Assembly: GCA_963805085.1 (NCBI GenBank)
Contig: CAWDTA010000005.1
Location: forward strand, 448,001 to 512,000
DNA: 64,000 bases
Reading direction: 5' to 3'
From: an uncultured Veillonellaceae bacterium
GTDB lineage: Bacteria; Bacillota; Negativicutes; JARBTT01
Shown here in pieces: positions 59,652-64,000 of this stretch. Numbering within the stretch: position 1 is the first letter of the stretch; every line of letters begins with the position of its first letter. The translations under genes were made by a program, and so were the position numbers. The notes under the pieces were generated by a model that was not told the DNA's origin, searched no databases, and was given only the letters and a program-made list of their open reading frames with translations.

Positions 59652-60302
59652 TTAGAGTGGACTGCTTGCGAATCTGGAACCCATCATGAAGGCTTTCTCA
59701 CAGTCTTTCGGGAAAATTTCCTGAAGGTGTTTTGCCTTTTCGGGCTCACTAAAAGCGGAGGTAATATATTTGGAGTAATCAGTGAACTGGTAGGTATCCG
59801 TAGATAATAGCGATTCTGAAGCACCGAAGATTCTCTTGAAATAATCTTCATTCGTAAGAAAAAGTCTATCATAGCCGCGTTCTTCGAGCATAGATTCTTT
59901 GATATTCATTGTGTAGATAAATCCGATTGGCTTCTTTTTCGTAACGAGTGAAGAGTAGTTTTCATCGTATACTAGGTACGGAAATAACATCCGTTCCATT
60001 AAAGATCTTATCTCACCAGTAAGATTGCTGAGGTAAATGGGAGAGCCGAGAATAACAGCATCGGCATTACTTATTTTTTCTAGGACAGGACTCAGATCAT
60101 CTTGATAAGCACATTTGCCATAACTTTTTCCGCCTGTTAATTTGCAGGCGAAGCAGCTTATGCAGCCTTTATAGGTTAGATCGTAAAGATGAATGAGTTC
60201 AGTGGTAGCTCCTTGGGAAGCTGCGCCTTCCAGTGCTTTATTTAATAGCGTTGCTGTATTTCGATTTTTTCTCGGACTTCCGTTTATCGCTAATATATGC
60301 AT
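59652..60302 (-). CDS. flavodoxin-family (iron-sulfur flavoprotein-like) protein
   Basis: AINGSPRK..NT, GCISCFAC...C...DD, GSPIY. Confidence 0.92.
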   Translation of the reverse strand: MHILAINGSPRKNRNTATLLNKALEGAASQGATTELIHLYDLTYKGCISCFACKLTGGKSYGKCAYQDDLSPVLEKISNADAVILGSPIYLSNLTGEIRSLMERMLFPYLVYDENYSSLVTKKKPIGFIYTMNIKESMLEERGYDRLFLTNEDYFKRIFGASESLLSTDTYQFTDYSKYITSAFSEPEKAKHLQEIFPKDCEKAFMMGSRFASSPL

Positions 60303-60372
60303 GTTTCATACCTCCACTTATTTTTTTGCTTGATTGCTTTCTTTAAATTATATACTAGTTGATTTAAAAAGA

Positions 60373-60413
60373 AAGTATGCACTTTTATGTAAGATACTAT
60401 ACAAAAAGAAAGT
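60373..60413. promoter_or_regulatory. possible HxlR-type operator
   Basis: AAGTATGCACTTTTATGTAAGATACTATACAAAAAGAAAGT resembles motifs I recall upstream of HxlR-controlled flavoproteins. Confidence 0.4.
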
Positions 60414-60580
60414 AAAGATTGTATTTTGAGTATCTTTGCTTATTTTTGTATAGAAATATAATGACCAAATTGTGGAATTTTTTTTACTGATTAAGTAATA
60501 TTATTAAAATTATAATTGACAAATTATATATAACTTTGCTAATATGAAGATGAAATTAATTCCATTTTGGAGGACATGAT

Positions 60581-61141
60581 ATGGCTTTGCATCATACATT
60601 ATTGGGTTTATTATCATATAAGCCTATGACAGGTTATCAAGTTAAACAGATGTTCGAATCCTCAATTATTCATTTTTGGAATGCCCATATGAGTCAGATA
60701 TATCGAGAACTCAGTCATATGGAGGAAAAAGGATGGGTGACTTTCCAAATAGAGCCGCAGGAAGGTAAACCTGATAAAAAGATTTATTCGATTACGCAAG
60801 AGGGGACAAAAGTATTTATTGGCTGGTTGCGAGAGTTCCCTGATAATCCAGAAGAAATTGTTCGAAGTGAATTTTTGGCGCGAATTTTTTTTGCCTCGCG
60901 TCTTAATTTGCCAGATTTAGCATACGAACTTAGACGCTTTGTGCGTAAACAGCAAGCGCAATTTGATGCGTATAGAGAGTGTGAAGAGCATATTAGAAAA
61001 CATCAAACAAGTGGAGATAATGAAGCTTTATTTTGGCATATGACATTACGAAAAGGGGTCAAGTCAACCGAAGCAGCAATTGAATGGGGGCAAGAATGCT
61101 TAGAATTATTAGAAAAAATGGAAAAGAAAACGGTTGAATAA
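60581..61141 (+). CDS. PadR-family regulator with Vir_act_alpha_C-like C-terminus
   Basis: LLGLL...PMTGY, FW.A..SQIY.EL, Q.G.PDKKIYSIT..G. Confidence 0.93.
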   Translation: MALHHTLLGLLSYKPMTGYQVKQMFESSIIHFWNAHMSQIYRELSHMEEKGWVTFQIEPQEGKPDKKIYSITQEGTKVFIGWLREFPDNPEEIVRSEFLARIFFASRLNLPDLAYELRRFVRKQQAQFDAYRECEEHIRKHQTSGDNEALFWHMTLRKGVKSTEAAIEWGQECLELLEKMEKKTVE

Positions 61142-61196
61142 AATATGTTTATTCATGGTGAATGCCATAGGATAAAAAATGAGAGGAGACAAGAAA

Positions 61197-61919
61197 ATGA
61201 AAATTGTGGTTATTAATGGTAGTCCGAAGGGGGAGGCTAGCAATACGAATGTAATGGTTAGTGCGTTTTTAAAAGGAGCACAAGAGGCAGGGGCAGAAAC
61301 AGAAAATATCTTTTTAGCAGAAAAGGAAGTAAAGCACTGTAAAGGTTGTTTTTGCTGTTGGCTTAATACTCCTGGTCAATGCGTGATAGAAGATGATATG
61401 GCAGAAATATTGTCTGTTTGCGAAGGGGCAAACATTTTCGTGCTGGCTACACCAATGTATCTTGATAATATCTCGAGTATGTTGAAGGCTTTTATGGATC
61501 GTACGATCGTAAAAAGTAACCCTCATTTTCAGAAAGATGCAAATGGAGAATGCCGACACTTAAAAAATACAGAGACTCCTTCTCCAAAACTAGTTATGAT
61601 ATCTAACTGTGGCTTTTCTGAAAGATCACATTTTCAAGTAATCTCTCACTGGATTGAGAGAGTAGCGCTTAATATGAAGACAGAAGTAATTGGAGAATTT
61701 TATGCGGCACAAGGAGGTCTGTTAAATACTAACGCCGAAGAATTACGACCAATCATTTCTGAGTATTTGAAAAATATGAAAAATGCAGGAAGAGAAATTG
61801 TTGTAGACAATAAGATATCAGAAGAAACTAAAAAGTTATTGGAACGAAATTTTATTCCAGATGAAATCTATATTGAAAAAGCAAATTCTCATTTTGATAC
61901 AGTCTTAAATAAAAACTAA
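61197..61919 (+). CDS. flavodoxin-family (iron-sulfur flavoprotein-like) protein
   Basis: VINGSPKG..SNT, CKGCFCCW..TPG.C.I.DD, ATP.Y, KAFMDR. Confidence 0.92.
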   Translation: MKIVVINGSPKGEASNTNVMVSAFLKGAQEAGAETENIFLAEKEVKHCKGCFCCWLNTPGQCVIEDDMAEILSVCEGANIFVLATPMYLDNISSMLKAFMDRTIVKSNPHFQKDANGECRHLKNTETPSPKLVMISNCGFSERSHFQVISHWIERVALNMKTEVIGEFYAAQGGLLNTNAEELRPIISEYLKNMKNAGREIVVDNKISEETKKLLERNFIPDEIYIEKANSHFDTVLNKN

Positions 61920-62003
61920 AGAGAACGGTATTTTTGATGAATGATCAGATTCGTAAATAACTTTGATGAGCTATGAATGCTTTTAGGAGTGATTTATATT
62001 TTG

Positions 62004-62663
62004 ATGGATAAAAAAACTAAAGGCTCAGCATGGCATGTTATTTTTGCACAGCATTTTCCATGGCGAATGCTTTTGATAGATATGGGTATTCCAATGGTGA
62101 GTTATTCTGTACTCGCGAATTGTGGAAAGCCGCTTACTGGCATATTTTTTGCGGGATTATGGAGCATAATTAGAGGGGCTTTAGAAAGTGCTAAGAATAA
62201 AAAAATATCCATATTTACTTTAATTACGATGATATTTGCTTTAGTTGAATTTGTGACTTTTTACGTTTCAAATAGTTTATATTGGATTTCTTTAGGTATT
62301 CGAAGTGAATTATACGGATTTTTTGTGATATTAACCTTGCTTTTAAAAAAGACGTTTATAGAAATCATGGTAGAAGAATCGAAAACGACCCAATTTACAG
62401 AAGAATTTAAAAATACTAGGCAGTATCGGAATTGCTGGAGATTTGTAACAATCATATGGGGAATCGCATACATTTTAAAAGGATTTTATTACATATACAT
62501 CGCCCCGGAGATTGCTATAGGAATGGCTTTTATTATACGAGCAGTAATTGGGTGGCCTTTAGATATCCTATTAATTGCATTTTCGATCTGGTTTCCGCAT
62601 ACATATTGGTGTCGTGAATCTGATAGAGGTAACATTACTGTACCGATTAAAAGAAATAGCTAG
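62004..62663 (+). CDS. membrane protein (VC0807-like)
   Basis: D...P...Y, multiple TM helices, R..T..WG. Confidence 0.65.
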   Translation: MDKKTKGSAWHVIFAQHFPWRMLLIDMGIPMVSYSVLANCGKPLTGIFFAGLWSIIRGALESAKNKKISIFTLITMIFALVEFVTFYVSNSLYWISLGIRSELYGFFVILTLLLKKTFIEIMVEESKTTQFTEEFKNTRQYRNCWRFVTIIWGIAYILKGFYYIYIAPEIAIGMAFIIRAVIGWPLDILLIAFSIWFPHTYWCRESDRGNITVPIKRNS

Positions 62664-62693
62664 AGGTCACTAAGAGTCAAAGGCAGGGGCTAG

Positions 62694-62870
62694 TATCAAA
62701 TCACTGAAAAATTCGCAGATTGGGATAGTATTATATAATGCTCCGAGAAAATGAACAAATGAGCGGAAAATTTATTTATTGATGAAATAAAATGAAACAA
62801 GGCATAGCTAACATGATGACGAGGATCAATGTTAGCTATGTCATTTATTTTAATAAAAATATCAGAGAAA
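62694..62870 (+). repeat. about 170-bp dispersed repeat R, copy 2
   Basis: Highly similar to 57263-57430. Confidence 0.9.
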
Positions 62871-62886
62871 CGAAAAATAAATAAAA

Positions 62887-62916
62887 TACCGCCTTGCTTG
62901 GTAAAGCAAGGCGGTA
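62887..62916 (-). terminator. intrinsic terminator
   Basis: TACCGCCTTGCTT-GGTA-AAGCAAGGCGGTA; A-rich upstream on + is the U-tract on -. Confidence 0.82.
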
Positions 62917-62934
62917 CGCGTAAAGCAACTTTGA

Positions 62935-63414
62935 TTATTGAACGTTATACATATTTTGGCTGCTTAGGTAATTGAAAATTCCTTCGCCATGTCCTTGCTC
63001 TTCCTTCTGGATATGATTTAAAGCTTGACGAACATTGGAATCAGTGAATTCAAAAATAGCAGTGTCATAAGCGTTCGAAACATATTTTTCAGTCATCAAC
63101 ATGTCAGTGCAAAGTGTCACGTCAGCTTGACTTGCGCCTGATTGGTTTGTTGTAGATTGCGCTTGTGTACTGTTTTGCTCCGATTGCTCAGTTGATTGGC
63201 TATTTTGTGATTGATTCATGCTAGGTACCTGACCGCTTAAAATGGATTCGATGGTAGTTAGATGTTGCTGCTCTTGCTCAGCGTAAGATTGGAATAGCTG
63301 TTTAAGTTTGGGATCGCTGGCTTGCTGTGCATATTTTTGATACTTTTGAATACAAATTTTCTCGTGCGTCTTTTGATCTTGGAGTAGTTGATTTTCTTTT
63401 TGGCTTAATGGCAT
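62935..63414 (-). CDS. spore coat (CotF-like) ferritin-like protein
   Basis: LSQKE..LL.D...HE..C..KY, D.L.TEKY.S..Y, VRQALNHIQKEEQ.HG..I..Y; Q/S-rich linker. Confidence 0.85.
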   Translation of the reverse strand: MPLSQKENQLLQDQKTHEKICIQKYQKYAQQASDPKLKQLFQSYAEQEQQHLTTIESILSGQVPSMNQSQNSQSTEQSEQNSTQAQSTTNQSGASQADVTLCTDMLMTEKYVSNAYDTAIFEFTDSNVRQALNHIQKEEQGHGEGIFNYLSSQNMYNVQ

Positions 63415-63492
63415 ATTGTTGCCTCCTTTTTAGGTTTGTATTATCTTGCCCCAAAAGTAGAACAATATTCCATTCTGGCCAATTAAACTATT

Positions 63493-63639
63493 TTAGAGCG
63501 GACGGCTTGCAAATCTGGAACCCATCATAAAGGCTTTTTTGCAGTCTTTTGGAAAAACTTCCTGATGGCGCTTTGCCTTCTCGGCTTCATCAAAAGCGGA
63601 GGTAATATATTTGGAGTAATCAGTGAACTGGTAGGTATC
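63493..63639 (-). pseudogene. 3' remnant of a flavodoxin paralog
   Basis: Encodes DTYQFTDYSKYITSAFDEAEKAKRHQEVFPKDCKKAFMMGSRFASRPL*, colinear with 59652-59798. Confidence 0.88.
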
Positions 63640-63651
63640 TATAGTTAACGG

Positions 63652-64000
63652 TTACCACACCATTTGTATATTATATTTATTAAAAGCTAGTGCGATATTT
63701 TCTGGAAATTCTTTATCAGAGATAGCCACGTCAATATCTTGAATTGAAAAGGTCTGGTTAAAAAATGTTTGATTAAACTTACTGCTATCAACTAAAAGGA
63801 TTGTTTTATCTGCTCTTTTATGGAAACTTTTTTTTACCATAGACTCTCCTTCACTGAAATCAGAAGCTCCAAAGTTTGCATCAAGCCCTCTACAAGAGGT
63901 GAAAGCTATATCAGCCTTGTGTCTGAGTATATAATCGCAAGTTTCGGGTCCATTTATACTGGAACGCTTAGAATATACTTGGCCACAAGCGCAATATACA
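63652..64000 (-). CDS. DeoR/GlpR-family regulator, C-terminal part (truncated by window edge)
   Basis: Open frame ..CGQVYSKRSSINGPET...ADIAF.SCRGLD..FG.SD...ES.VKK...ADKTILLVDSSKF. Confidence 0.88.
   Translation of the reverse strand, partial: VYCACGQVYSKRSSINGPETCDYILRHKADIAFTSCRGLDANFGASDFSEGESMVKKSFHKRADKTILLVDSSKFNQTFFNQTFSIQDIDVAISDKEFPENIALAFNKYNIQMVW

Noticed and set aside
28308-62693. Genome-wide TAG reassignment suggested by in-frame ambers
   Set aside because: TAG ends many full-length genes here (cheW, VirK, MarR, AraC, GPH, chromate subunit 1)
34333-62870. Classical integron attC array suggested by TAAC...GTTAG cores
   Set aside because: The hairpins are shorter than typical attC sites, have A/T tracts like terminators, the enclosed genes have their own promoters and mixed orientation, and no intI is present; kept only as a cassette-like observation
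3303-63530. Many 60-115 aa ORFs in the track that overlap larger genes (e.g. 7198, 7256, 8213, 10745, 17983, 29843, 37203, 44840, 58890)
   Set aside because: They are antisense or alternate-frame shadows of well-supported genes, with no RBS or family motifs
1-64000. CRISPR array, tRNA or rRNA genes
   Set aside because: No regularly spaced repeats with unique spacers, no cas genes and no tRNA or rRNA signatures were seen

Overview
AT-rich chromosomal window that looks like a spore-forming, motile, diderm Firmicute (Negativicutes, Sporomusaceae-like). This is an inference from sporulation genes (CotF-like, YmaF) sitting alongside VirK/YbjX, several MCPs, CheW and YvyF. It is an accessory region of mostly stand-alone genes: chemoreceptors, redox and metal-stress proteins, a LysR/NifS/NifU module, a MarR-dapL-lysA operon, an AraC-GPH-GH127 sugar locus and transporters. 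No rRNA, tRNA, CRISPR array or full transposase was seen. Notable items: (i) an uncharacterised HExxGH zincin-like gene paired with a GH63/MGH1-like glucosidase; (ii) a GEMM-I cyclic-dinucleotide riboswitch with the A20 variant and no intact cognate gene; (iii) recurrent duplicated gene 3'-ends and shared palindromes that bracket gene modules like cassette scars, one copy interrupted by a 52-bp IS3-end MITE; (iv) several pseudogenes and small ORFs missed by the ORF track. All assignments come from motif recognition by eye, not database searches.
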